Shown piece by piece: positions 42,100 through 55,923 of a DNA stretch of 64,000 nucleotides. Both the position numbers and the translations under genes were made by a program. Each line of letters opens with the position of its first letter. Positions within the stretch are counted from its first letter, which is position 1. The stretch lies in the NCBI GenBank assembly GCA_951406725.2, contig OX597816.1:80414001-80478000 (forward strand). The letters run 5' to 3'. Below the pieces are notes generated by a model. It was not told the DNA's origin. It was given only the letters and a program-made list of their open reading frames with translations, and did no database searches. The stretch comes from Octopus vulgaris (lineage: Eukaryota).

Positions 42100-43570
42100 A
42101 TACTATTGTCCATTCCGAACAGGTATACAATTTTCAATAAAATCATTCTCCCTCACTCTTCTTCTAACTTCACATGAGGCGTAATGTTTGTAAAATGGAA
42201 ATATTAAAAACGTTTCGTTACTGCATAATTTTTAATGATTTCGTAATGGAGTTCTATCGGATATCAAGGTCACTAAGTTCTTGCTGTGTAGTTGCGTGCG
42301 TTCTGAAAATGAATTATCTGACGAGCCAATAAATTTTTGTTCACAATTCGGACACGTTGTGCTACAGATCAGTTTTCTGCTTTTACAGTTCAAATTTACA
42401 TTTCGGATTATGATTCTTCTGGTTTTTCTTTTGATATACTGACTGGCTTGTACAGTATTGTAATACAATGTTCGACTTTCCATTTGGATACCATGAATGT
42501 TTTATCATTGTTATGTAGGACAAACCTTACCTTTGTAAACAAATGCTTAATGATTTTCTGTTGTCTTTTACTTTGAAAGACTGTTCTAGCAGTTACAAAA
42601 TGTTTTAGCTCATTATTTTGTCTGATGAAATGCATGTTTGATTTGGTGACGTTAAAAATGTTCTGGTAAGATTGCATGATATTTTTCTGGTCTTGTCTTT
42701 TCCTTGTCTTTCTGTGAGTTATTCTATAGATATTTGATTTGCACGTTGTATACTCTCTTGCATATGTAGAGGTGAATATTCTAGTTTGAGAAGAAACACC
42801 TCGAGGTTGTCTTTGGTATATACATCATGAACAACAGCACAAATCTTCTCGGCTAAACAGTATGGGTGTTACATTAAGTAAGCACTGGATATCATGGATT
42901 CAAGTATAGTCACTGATGTTTATTTGGCTCATTAGAATACATATCCTCTATGATGTTGATTTTTAATATTTAATTATCATTATAACGAAAAATATTAATT
43001 TTCTATTGCTCAATTCCTTTGCAAATTTCAGAGTTGAAAGTAGAGTGTTCAGACGAATGTTGAAGTCTTCTAAAATGACTACGTCTAAATTAGTAAACAA
43101 TCATCAGGATAAATTTCCCATGCACTCAATATCTTCTAAAATCAGAGCTTTAGCTTTCTTCAACTGTTTGATACAAGTTTTTGTTCAAAGCATCGCATTA
43201 CTAAGTTTGTAAAACTGGAGCAAAAGTGGTTCCCATGTTGATCCCTCTAATTTGAAGATGATATTTTCAAATATGAAAATTGAATGCATTGTTTTCTGGT
43301 GTAAGGCTGACTACTCTATGGTGAATCTGCAGGGAATCGCCTCTCTGTGTTTTGACTCAATATTTGATTGTCCATATTCCTAAATTGTGTGAAATACATC
43401 AAACCTAGCAAAGAATACATTTGATTCTGCTTTTGAGGGTTTGACAAGTCGGGGCATCAATACCACCCGAATAAAACTCGATATAAGGGTGCATGGTAAT
43501 TTCAAAATGTCAATAAAATGCTTATGCAATGACTAGAATATTCCGGACTAGTTATGATATAGGAATTTAG
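42100..43570 (-). mobile_element. Decayed Penelope-like element (RT plus GIY-YIG endonuclease)
   Basis: QIRGINMGTTFAP (RT motif) near 43220-43255; NLNCKSRKLICSTTCPNCEQKFIGSSDNSFSERTQLH (Penelope-type GIY-YIG) at 42285-42395; many stops. Confidence 0.8.
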
Positions 43571-43623
43571 AAAGGGTGTGAAAGCACTTTACAAATATGT
43601 GTATGTGTGTATGTATGTATGTA

Positions 43624-43655
<32 letters not shown>

Positions 43656-43802
43656 CATAAATACATACATACATACATGCATGCATATGCGTTGAATCCA
43701 CTCCTGTTAGCAAGTAATACAAATAAATATACAACAATATATACACTCACACTGTGAATAATCTAACTATGTACTGATGCACACACACATACACACACAC
43801 AC

Positions 43803-43852
<50 letters not shown>

Positions 43853-44703
43853 ATATACATACATACATGCATACAGATATACGTACGTACATACATATAC
43901 GTGTGCGTGCACGCGTGTGTGTGTCCGCGTGCGTCATTTAACGCAGCATGAAATGGAAATCGCATTTGTTCAGGTGTATTATAGATAATGAATCAGTAAG
44001 CACCTATCTGCGTATCTTCCAAGTATTTTCACCTCTCTCTGTCTTTCGTAATCTATCTTTCTTATCCACTATCATGTATTAGCACCATCACCACCGCCAT
44101 CATCACCACCACCAACAACAACAACAGACACGTTTCTCGTTGTAGATCACATTTGTTTTTATACGAAAAGTTGACTGCTTGATTGAAACCATATTTTGAA
44201 CTTATTTTTCCGATTCACAAAAGAAACCAGAATAAGCTAAAAACCTGAAAAGATCAACAAACAACAAATATAAGCATAAACAAATTATAAAATATTTCCT
44301 AAGTGAGTTAGCATTCTTATATTTTTACCTACATTTCTATTTTGTTTGTGTTGTTTTGAACATATGATATTGTAATAATGAACTTCAACGCAATTATCAC
44401 TTCAAAAAAAAAAGGCAATACAAAATAAGTTACTTTTATCAGAGCAGCCAAGTCGATAATTATCTACCATTTTCTGTTTCATCTATGAATCATCACAACT
44501 CTATCAGTTAACCTAAATGTCGAGATTACAACTGCTGATTATACACGTATGCCCTATATCAATGTATATGTCTATCACTATTATATGTCTATATGTCTAT
44601 CACTATTAGCTTTGTTTTCTGTTTGGTTTTGATTTCTTTCTCACTTATCTCCTATATATATACAAACATATAATATATGACACACACACACACACACACA
44701 CAA

Positions 44704-44740
<37 letters not shown>

Positions 44741-46274
44741 TAGATAAATTGATACATACATATATATATGTGTGTGTATGTATGTTATCAGTATACAATG
44801 TATAATTATAGGTGAATATGTCTATATATATATATACACATGTGTGTGCGTGTATTTATATATGTGCATGTATATACATATTGTACAATTATTGGCGACC
44901 ATCTTTATATATGTATATAAAAGACAATTTAAGATCATCAAAGAGAAGAACTTAACTGCAGCTCTTGGTGGTCCAAAGCAGATATGCAATTTATGTGGGT
45001 GCCTCTTCAAAACGTTGCCTAGTTTATAAAGCCACATCAGGCGCCATGATAGATTTAAGGTGTAAGTACGAGAGGTGGCCAGACTCTGCATAAGAAGTAG
45101 ACAACAACCACCATACATATACATAAGTATAATTTCAGAGTGATCCACCTGCTACTTCTATTAAATCTGATCCTCATGTGGAATCTCAATCGTTCGCCCA
45201 TGTATATCACCTTAAACACAATGTGTACAAGTGTGCTTAATTACTACCTAAATACCTTCAAATACAAAAGCAAAATAGCTGACTTGGTCTGACAATCAGG
45301 ATTTTAATCTCGATTACTACCCACGTCAAACTGTGTTCTCTTTCTATGATTTAATAATGCCACACTTACACCTTATTTCCCTGGATCTTTCAATAACTGT
45401 ACGCTCTCCAAGCCTCAGCAGGTCATATTCCTCCTCACTGCGACTAAAACTGCATAAAACCCGTATTATTATCTTTCATGAGCTCGAGATGAAATTTTAA
45501 TTTCTCTTCAGTTCACACAGTTATGTCTTTTCTCACAAGTCTGCGAAGGATCGTGAATTTCCATGTAGCAATATATGATAAAATGCACGTCCTAAAATCG
45601 CCTTCCCAGTACTATTAGCCACATAACGACTTTCTTGATAGTGAACTGGCAGAATTGTAAGAGCGCCTTAAACATGTATTGCAATATTTGAACGATCTTT
45701 TTCAATTTTGAGTTCTAATCCGATCGAGGTCAACTTTAGTTTTCAACCTACCGGGATCGAAAAAGTAAGGAAATCGGCGATGCACACTAACCTCCACCCA
45801 TCAGAAATGCTAGCCATTTTTTTTTTATTTCAAAGCCAGTATATTTTATAATAGAAAATTCTATTCAGTGGCAGTTAAACCAAAATTATGCATATGTGAT
45901 AATAAATGTTTCATTACTAATATAAATATAAGACTTTTAATCTACATAGTGTTGTGAAAGTTTTGTGAGATTGTTGAGTTTCCTACTGTCTTTAGGTTAG
46001 ATCTAAAGACAGTAAGAAACTCAACAATGAAAGGCCTTTAATTCACCCTATTTACATATGTGCGAAGTTACAACCCTAACATATTGATATCTTCTATAAG
46101 GGAAAGTTTATTTAGTGCTTCAGCAATAGTGGTAGGAAAATAATGCATTTATGTATATTATCTAATTTGCTGATCGATTTGGAAAAGGTTAAGCTTTTAA
46201 GTACGAAAAGTACGAAACCTGCTGTTTCAATTTCTGATTGAATCTAAGCTATTCTATTTTCAATATTGTTCTTT

Positions 46275-46655
46275 AATTTTGGCATAAGGTCAGGAACTTC
46301 GGGGGAGGGGTTATTCGATTACATCGACATCAACATTTTAACCTTAAGTAACTACCAGTTGAGCGTTTGGTCGATGCAATCAACTCCCACCCTTCCCCGA
46401 ACTTGCTAGTCCTCTGCCAAAATTTGAAACCAATATTAATATACTATATTATATAAGGAGGTAAGATGGCAATCGCTGTGGACAAAATGCTTAGCGGCAT
46501 TTCTTCCGACTCTATATTCTGAGTTCAAATGACAAGTCGACTCTGCCTTTCACTTTTTAGGTCGATGAAATAAGTACCAGTTGAGGGATCGATGTAATCG
46601 ACCTACCCACTCTCCCCAAATTTGCTGGCCTTGTGCATAAAAATTTGAAACCAAT
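46275..46655. mobile_element. Cluster of diverged SINE family A fragments in both orientations
   Basis: TTCTGAGTTCAAAT..GTCGACTCTGCCTTTCA..AAGTACCAG..GCTGGCCTTGTGC; inverted tail at 46275-46330. Confidence 0.7.
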
Positions 46656-46916
46656 TTTGTTATAAATTAATATATTACTGAATTACTAAATGATTTATTG
46701 TAAAACTAATGAAGCCAATAGCAGCACAGTTTTAGTCCTCTTCAAATACTGGACTTTGAAAGAAAGTATATAATATCTATGAATAATATGCTTCAACCAA
46801 AACTCATTAGAGATACAATGGTGTCAATGAGAGTGAAGAGGCAATTCTTAAGGTTCAGTATCTTTTCAAGGCATTAATAAAGTAACAGAATAAGTACGGT
46901 GTATAGAGTGTAAACT

Positions 46917-47160
46917 GTGGAGGCGCGTAGCTTAGTGTCAGAACCATGATCGTAAGATTGTGGTTTCGATTCCTGGATGGGCGACGCGTTGTGTTCTTGG
47001 GCAAAACACTTTCACGTTGCTCCAGTCCACTCATCTGGCTAAATGAGTAACGCAGCGATGGACTGGCGTCCCGTCCAGCTGGGGAACACATACGCCATAA
47101 AAACCGGGAAAACGGTCCCATGAGCCTGGCTAGGCTTTAAAAGGGCGCATTTATTTATTT
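46917..47160 (+). mobile_element. tRNA-derived SINE with V-domain-like segment and 15 bp target-site duplication
   Basis: TATAGAGTGTAAACT at 46902-46916 and 47161-47175; B box TTCGATTCC; GCGATGGACTGGCGTCCCGTCCAG; (TTTA)n tail. Confidence 0.85.
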
Positions 47161-48388
47161 TATAGAGTGTAAACTAGATTTAAGTGTTTTTTGTTTAAGA
47201 AACATTTTTATTCTTTTAATCAAACGCATTCAGTCAAAATATGTTATTAAATACGTGTTTAGCAACATGCATATCATACGTTAGTAGGATACGGGAAAAT
47301 ATACATGTTCTTAAAGTATTTTCAAGAACTTTGACTTCAAACTAAAGTTTTAGTATAGTCATACTTTCCAAACCAAATGTTAGCATTACTGCAAACAGAG
47401 CTGTTACGACTAAATACAGGAACTGTTATGTGGCATCCGGATACCGAGCACCGGTTAACATTAACATGCTTCATACAAAAACAACCACAATTAAAACAAA
47501 TATGTTCGGATAATTTCATGAAAACACCCGCTTTATTCTAAAAGCTTTTAGTCTTGAGATTGAGGTAACCTTAAGAATATTTGCTTGCTTTCTACCAGAA
47601 TTAAACACATACACACATATATATATATATATAAACCGTGCTGTGTATCTATAAGTGTGTATGAGCTGATACGGATACATACATACATACATACATACAT
47701 ACATACATACATACATACATACATACATAATACTCCAAGAGAACTAAATGTTAACTTATAATATGGTGATTACTCTCCAATATGTCTTGAGTTGGATAAT
47801 AGCATTCTTCGTGGCATTTACATACATTTACAGCATTTCACACAGAATGTGACGGTTTTCCAATTTATATCTTGAAAATGGCAAACCACAGCCGAAGCAC
47901 ATTTATATAAATGACTTCTTAATCCGGCCTAAAGCCCCCCACTTGTGTAGGAAGGTTTATATTTGATAGAGTCAATGTCCAGTATATGACCGGTATATTT
48001 TGTTTGAAGATGATTTATAACATTTTCTTTCTAAAAATATTCCAAAGATATTAAATACTTAACTTATGCAATATATGTTGGCAAGACACTTACATCATGA
48101 CAATTTTGTACAGTTTCTATAAAGAGAGACATAACCAAATATTGGAACTGGCAAAACACGACAGTTTTATTAATTGTCTCTTATTAATGATCACTGAAAA
48201 TTATTCATGATCATTGAAGTTAAAGAAAAAACTTCTTCAGTCTATACAGAAAAGTAGTGTTGAGTGAAACGGCTTCAAATAATTCTCACAATAAAAAAAA
48301 GAAAAAAAAACACGATCTTATTTATTGCTTCCTGTAATAAATTATGCATCAATGAAACTACTTTATACACCTTTTAATATTCTCTCTT

Positions 48389-48776
<388 letters not shown>

Positions 48777-50140
48777 CTTCGGAATGTAAATTAAATTCAT
48801 ACTAAATCGTTATAATATTGTTTTGGTGAAATATATTTTTACTTTTATGGTAGTTGTCAACAATTATTGACAATAAAGTTACTTCATATTTCAAAGTATT
48901 AATAACGAGAGGCACTTTAGCGAAACCACAAGACTGAAGATTATTATTATTATTGTTGTTGTCGTTGTTGTTATTATTATTATCATCGTTATTATTATGA
49001 TATTTGTTGTTATTGCTGTTCTTCTTCTTCCTCTCTTCCTCCTACTCCTCCTTATCATCATCATCATCATCATTCTTATTGTTGTTACTGTTAAGTTTTA
49101 ACATGATTGTAGAAGGCTGAAAGTGTACGGGGTCAAATGAAATGTCTGCCATTCGATCAGGTTCAAATGCCGTTTGGAAGGGAAACCAAGATATATATAT
49201 GCAGCAATAAAATTATATAATAAGAACTAGTCGTATAGGGAAACTGGTTCATTACCTAAACCCTCACTGCACAGAGTAATCAGTGATGAGGATTTACAAC
49301 GCTTGCATGCACACACACACAGAGAGACACACGAACACGCATACATACATAAACGTGCTCGCGTGCATTCGTGTGTGCGCGCGTATTAGGTCTGTTTGCG
49401 TTTGATAAGTCTAAACAAATCTTTTATTTAAACTTGGAATTATTTAAAGAACCTTTGATTTTAATTTCTGGTTGTTGTATCTCCTAACCAATGAATCCTG
49501 ATCTGGTCCGTCACAAACAAGCGAAGTTCTTTCTGTTTTTGTCCTACCGATAAATGAGAATTTCATATGTCAATATATCATAAGGTCGATGACAGACGTA
49601 TCACGTCGGTTTTAATTAAATTCTCTTCACTTAACCACTAGCGTGTAATGGATTTCAGTCTACAGTAAATATAGATTTTGAACTCCTAGTGGCATTTACA
49701 AGATTGCCTTCATGAAGTCTTGCACATGACTTTTAGAGAACCCGTAGGTGTGTATCTATAAAGATTGCAGGGTAAAATAATTCCGCTCAAGTGGTTTGTT
49801 GTTCCGTATTCTAGTCTCATTGAGGGTTTTAACTCCGTAATGCAGGGAACGTATGTTAGTGTTCTTGGTGCATAAAATTTAGAGCTGTGAGAAATAATTA
49901 ACCATATGTTTTTATGTTGAGAAGCGACGATAATCATATTTAAACCATGGGGCTTTATTTCAGAGCAACGATAAGATTTAAATATATTTGAATACTTTCA
50001 CATTGGATACGTGTCGAATGTTTTGTTCAAATATAAAACGTTATAATACAGTTCTATATATTAAGAGATGAGGAATTATGAACATTACTTATATTAATTA
50101 CATTTGACGGCGGATATTTGTCCTCATCTTGTTTGTTGTT

Positions 50141-50186
50141 AACACAACGTTTCGGTTGATATACCTTCCAGCCTTTATCAGGTGTC
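50141..50186 (-). ncRNA. Minimal type I hammerhead motif, one core substitution
   Basis: GACAC-CUGAUAA-A-GGCUG..CAACC-GAAA-CGUU-GUGUU; G8>A relative to CUGAUGA. Confidence 0.65.
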
Positions 50187-50267
50187 TTGGGGAATTTTCG
50201 AACCTGAGTTCTCATTCCGAGGGTATTTTTCGATGTTGTTACTATTATTGCTATTATTATTATTATT

Positions 50268-51150
50268 CAGTAGTTTTATTTTTATAGCGTGCTTTCACCT
50301 CGCTACCGAGCGCAGCTCTGTGTGCCTTGGGTATGTGCTGTGATTTGTTGTGATGCTCTGATGGTTATTGAATGGAAAGTGTTCTGTGTAGGATGTGTGC
50401 AGTGCCTATTAGTGCAATTTTCTGTATGTTATATGTGTTTGTAAGTCCTGATGTTTTTGTTATGTATTTGTCTGAATATTTTTTTATCATGCCTAATGCA
50501 CCTACTATGATAGGAATTGTTTCTGTTTTCAGATTCCACATTCTAGTTACCTCTATTTCTAGGTCTTTGTATTTTGAGAGTTTCTCCATTTCTTTTAGAG
50601 ACACGTTGTCATCTGCCGGTATTGATACATCAATTAGAAAGCATTTTTTTTCTTCATGATCTCTGACAACTATATCTGGTCTGTTGGCCTTAATTTCTCT
50701 ATCTGTGTGTATCGGCATATCCCAGAGTATGGTTGCTTTCTCGTTTTCTGTGACCTTTTCTGGTGTGTGCCTATACCATCTTTTTTCTGTTGTTATTCAA
50801 TAATGTTGGCATAGCTTCCAATGTATGTAGGTTCCAACTCTGTCATGTCTGTGAATATATTTCTTCTTAGCCAGGACTGGGCAGCTAGAGATAATATGAT
50901 TTATTGTTTCTTGTCCATCTCCACATATTCTGCAGTTACTTGTAATATTTCTTTTCATTACATGTTTTTGGTAATTTCTGGTGGGGAGGCATTGGTCTTG
51001 TGCTGCAATTAAAAATCCCTCTGTTTCTGCTTTAAGTCCTGAGCTTCTCAACCATTTCTGGGATTTTTCTTTGTCTATTTCTTTTGCGTTTAGTTTAGAC
51101 CAGTATTAGTTAGTCCAGTATTAGTTTAGTCCAGTATTAGTCCAGTATTA

Positions 51151-51152
<2 letters not shown>
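50268..51152 (-). mobile_element. Young 5'-truncated R4/Dong-clade copy (CCHC plus RLE plus 3' UTR) inserted in (TAA)n
   Basis: ORFs 50797-51051 and 50365-50718 share one frame, broken by a single TGA: CRICGDGQETINHIISSCP..RHD..ANRPDIVV..LIDVSIP..EKLSKYKDL. Confidence 0.93.
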
Positions 51153-51198
<46 letters not shown>

Positions 51199-51211
51199 TT
51201 AAATATTATTA

Positions 51212-51337
51212 TTCAGGTCACTGCCTGGAATCGAACTCGAAATCTTGGGGTTGGTAGCCCGCGCTCTTAACCACCACGGCATATGCCCACGGGCATATGG
51301 CGTAGTGGTTAAGAGCGCGTTCGATTCCAGGCAGTGA

Positions 51338-51343
<6 letters not shown>
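51212..51343. promoter_or_regulatory. Divergent pair of tRNA-derived Pol III type-2 promoter heads
   Basis: A box TGGCGTAGTGG / TGCCGTGGTGG and B box GTTCGATTCC on opposite strands around CCC-AC-GGG. Confidence 0.75.
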
Positions 51344-51399
<56 letters not shown>

Positions 51400-51464
51400 G
51401 CAATAATAGTAACAACATCGAAAAATACTCTCGGAATGAGAACTCAGGTTCGAAATTACCCCAA

Positions 51465-51510
51465 GACACCTGATGAAGGCTGGAGGATATATCAGCCAAA
51501 ACGTTGTGTT
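51465..51510 (+). ncRNA. Minimal type I hammerhead motif, one core substitution
   Basis: GACAC-CUGAUGA-A-GGCUG-loop-CAGCC-AAAA-CGUU-GUGUU; G12>A relative to GAAA. Confidence 0.65.
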
Positions 51511-51552
51511 AACAACAAACAAGATGAGGACAAATATCCGTCAATTGTAAAT

Positions 51553-51870
51553 TAGCTTGCTAACCAACCACAAGTGTCTTCTGCTATAGCCCCGGGCCGA
51601 CCAATGCCTTGTAAGTAGATTTGGTAGACGGAAACTGAAAGAAGCCTGTCGTATATATGTATATATATGTATGTGTGTGTTTGTGTGTCTGTGTTTGTCC
51701 CCCTAGCATTGCTTGACAACCGTCACTTAGCGGTTCGGCAAAAGAAACCAATAGAATAAGTACTAGGCTTACAAAGGATAAGTCCCGGGGTCGATTTGCT
51801 CGACTAAAGGCGGTGCTCCAGCATGGCCGCAGTCAAATTACTGAAACAAGTAACAGTTTAAAAGATTAAT
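51553..51870 (+). mobile_element. SINE family B, truncated copy
   Basis: Collinear with 41005-41383. Confidence 0.85.
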
Positions 51871-52159
51871 GTAAATAATAAAACGTTATCATTTTAACCG
51901 TCTGTACACCTTTATATATTTCATTAGTCATTCAGTAGTCATCTGACATGTCTAGTGGTTTTGATATTCAATAGTCATTTGACATGTCTAGTGCTTTCCA
52001 CTGACTTTTAATTTAGTTCAGTATTACACAGTCACGCTTCCCTTAGTTACACAGTTCTTGGTGTCACAGTTTCGAAACCGGCGTTGGCTTACAGTGACGA
52101 CAGTTTGAACTACCAGTACTGTAAGCCATCGATGCTACCGTATAAAGGTCTGTACTTAC

Positions 52160-52891
52160 CTAAACTAAATAAACTGAAATGTTTAGCAGTAAGTGCACAG
52201 ACCAAAGACAGTGTGTATTGTCGGTGATACAATAGGGCTTGCCTAATTTTACCAACATCAGAAAGATAAAAGAAAAGTAAAAATCCGGTCGGAATATAGT
52301 TAATATTTTGCCTCTTCGAGGTAAATAGAATATGTACCAGTAAATCACTGAAATCATTTTTGTCAACAATAAACGTCCTCAAGCCAATGACATTATGTCT
52401 GTGTAATAAAACATTATTACTAGTACTATAAAACGTCTGTGTTGATATCAACGATGTGATTACTGGAATTATATTCATAAATCTCTCAAGCGCTTTCCAA
52501 AAGATACATGTAGAAAACAATACGACGGTTTTCCACATTTTCGCATTCAAGGTCTCAATAGTAGTATTTATTAGTTCCAAAAGCTCTTATTGAGAATGCT
52601 TATTTTAATACCATTGAACAGATATGAAAACCATAGAGGATAGGGAAAATAATGTAGAAAAGAATAAACATTTTGATATACAGTATAATAGCCCCAGCCA
52701 ACTCGACAGAAAAGGTAAAATAGGTAATTGGATTTCACTAGAAGATTGACAAACACCAGTGTCATAATATTGAATGATATTCCTATTGTCGTTGGGGGTA
52801 TATGGACGCATGAATAAAAACGAAAGTAATGGTTCGAAAAGAATTCAACAGGAGTTAAAATATTCTCAGCATGCCGAGAGATTGAACACAA
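52160..52891 (-). pseudogene. Possible host exon or decayed membrane-protein (GPCR-like) sequence
   Basis: Non-repetitive hydrophobic ORFs (IPPTTIGISFNIMTLVFV; VLFSTCIFWKALERF; YIFYLPR; LLLNISVYL) in shifting frames; consensus donor AG/GTAAGT at 52160/52159. Confidence 0.3.
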
Positions 52892-55873
52892 TAAATCAAC
52901 TTGCGTTGAAAACTAGAGGTGACATTGAGAAATCTGTGAAAGAGTATAAGTGGACGGTATCATGAAAACATTTGCAACAACAGCACCGTCCAACCCACAT
53001 AATTGATACCCAATTATGCATATTAGTTCTAGTATTAGTTGCAGTGTTTTATCAGTATCTACACTAATTCTTTCGACTGAATATACATGTACAGATAACA
53101 TGTGCGTGCGCGCGCATGTGTGTATGTGTGTTTGCATGTGTGCAAGACTACATCGAGTTGGTGTGCATGCATTATTTTAAAGATCTGGATATGTGAAATG
53201 CGCCCAGTCTTCTCAGTAAAATCAGAAGAGACTGCTTCAGCTAAATATAACCAGTAATAATCATTGATTTTCATTCTAATTGATGCTTCACCAGTCTCCC
53301 ATGAAATCCTATCCTAAACACAATACAATCAGAATCTCCCATTACCCAATACACCCAACACCATTGAAATATATCAACATCCTCAAGCATTACCGCTACC
53401 AATAACCACAAAAATAAAAACAGTACCACTATTTCCATCGTAAACAACTTCGCTAAAATTCCTTTATCATCATTCCTTACAATAAAAAGCAGACAATACT
53501 GTTTTCTAATGCATTTTATATCTTCAACGTATTAAAAACAGTTCTATTATTGAATACAATTCTGTTTGAGAGTCAGTTTTATAAAGGAATTTAACTGGAG
53601 CTAACATGAACACTCTAGAATGAACCGTATATCATATTGTCTGTCCTACTGAGCTTTAGCGAATTTTTTTTCGTCCCCTATTTTTCAGAGTATTCAAGTA
53701 AGAGAAATTAATTTTTTTTTCATATCATTTCACATATTTCTCTTCCATACTGCACCTTTCTATTTTAATAGAAAAGATGTGAACAATACCACGAGTATAA
53801 TATAAGGGAAAAGAACTGATATTATTTTCTCATTCACTCACATGTCGTTATTGAATATAATTTTCCCCTAAATAGAATTTATATCCTCCATATTCTATTA
53901 CTAATAATTCCAACGTGGTGATTATATTTACATTTTCTGTAAAGCTAAACCAGTCAATGAAGAGAGCCTGCTTCAGGCAAAGCAACTGCTATACTGTTAT
54001 TGGTTAAGTGATATCAGACCACATTTAGTTACTACTTCAATCCATCATCGTAAAATAGAACAAGCGAAAACATTAATAACGGACATTTGTGTCACCATAG
54101 TATTTTACAAAAGAACTTATGTCACGGCAATCAACTTCGAATTCGGAGAGACTAAGTAAAGTTTCAAATGAAACCACGTTCTATATTATTCAATGGAAAT
54201 CGCATTCCTTTAATGCATTACACTTTATTTCCTCTTTGGAAACCCTTTTTAGTTTTCTCACACGAACTTGCCATTTGAACTTGGTTCTCTTTTCAAAAGC
54301 GTTAATATAATATTGTTGCAATGGAGGTTGTATAATGCTTTCCTTATATAACGTTCGTGAATAGCGACAGACATGTTTACAAAGACACACTGCTACTATT
54401 CAAAGTAAATTACACACGCTGATTACCTTTATTATGAATTGGCATGAACATTAAAAAAAGAAAAGTAAAATAAGCAGAAAGAAAACGGTAAATTAATAGA
54501 AGGTATTTTGTAAATTCCATCGTGGTACTAATAGTCATACTACATACACAAAGTCTTTTATAGTTATATATGGGTAGCCATTTTGTTACAGCTATTCTAA
54601 CACCCAATGACTATGTTTCAAAGCAGTGCCTATACATATTCTTACTGTTTTCTTATCGGTATTAACACAATCGATATTGAATATAAATGAATAAGCAAAG
54701 TGAAATTAATATGGATCTATCTAATGGCAAAATAGTAGTTCTTTTTCATCTGCAATACTCTACGGTAATACATGCCAGTTGTGTTGATGTTTGACTAATT
54801 CCATGAGAAAAATACGATCGGAGCACGAATAGGTAATATAGAGATTTAAAGACCTTCGATCAGCTGAGACTAACCAAATAATTAGAAGATAAATCAACCT
54901 CTAGAGGTGTTTATAATTACAAATCACCAAAAAAGGGACATAACTTCAATAAAATTAGTTGATCGAATAAAAACGATAGCAATAGTAGTATAAACGGTCT
55001 TTAAAACCAACTGATGAAAGCACTAGTATATGTATTGTAATTTTGGTCAACTGATCTTATTTCATTATTCTCACTATTTATTGAGTTTAAATCCCCACTG
55101 GGAGATTTTATCTACTAATTGCACAGCTAATCGAGGTTTTCAGGTCACTATGTTGCAATATACGGGAGCTTACCGTATCTGTACTTAATGTTTAGAACAC
55201 TTCCCATAAGGTATTTTGCATTTGCAATATTCATTTCCAATTACATCAATAATATTGGTGAAAACTATATGACGGTTTCGATTTTCTTCTGTATCTATTT
55301 TACTTGAGGTACCTTTTGCTCTATCATTTTCTTCTTTTTTACGTTAAAGTTGTATGCATTTTCATAAAATATTTGAAAATAGATGATATACAAAAGAACT
55401 ATATATCAAGGAAGAAAGCTAAAGATTTCAAGATCCTATTTGCTCCAAGTTTTCATTCTGTAAGTAAACGAAAGCCAGTAGAATCAGCCAACTAGGTATA
55501 ACCTCATCCAGGTTTCCACTTACTATGTACTCGTGATCTTACAACCTATTTGTGATAATTGATTTCTTTTGACTAAGCACAAAAGCTGGTGACTAAAAGA
55601 AGGAAACCTTTTATGCATGTTTTTAAAAATCTATTATGGAGTGAAACGGTTTAAAGCAGATTGTGACTTTTGACAATTTGAACAAAAGTTCGCAGACTGC
55701 CCTTTTAGTTAATACTTGTCAATGTATCTTTTTTTATATGAAAAAAATTATTTATTTCCTGTGTATATTTGTCTTCTGAAGGATATTTTTCTTATCGATT
55801 TATCTTTAGAGAGAATATGACATCGAATTCTTTTATCAAAAGAGTATATTATATAGCTCTCTCTCTCTCTCTG

Positions 55874-55923
<50 letters not shown>

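Larger units (their letters stand above)
50098..51550. mobile_element. Palindromic composite element: two back-to-back [tRNA-like head-(AAT)n-hammerhead body] arms, left arm interrupted by an R4/Dong insertion
   Basis: 50098-50267 is the reverse complement of about 51385-51550; 51212-51288 is the reverse complement of 51291-51343 apart from a 24 nt deletion; 2 nt centre. Confidence 0.85.

Noticed and set aside
51212-51288. Possible tRNA gene
   Set aside because: Has A and B boxes but imperfect acceptor, anticodon and T stems and is fused to a repeat body; treated as a SINE-type head.
55005-55050. CTGATGA with weak flanking complementarity
   Set aside because: No GAAA or stem II; expected by chance.
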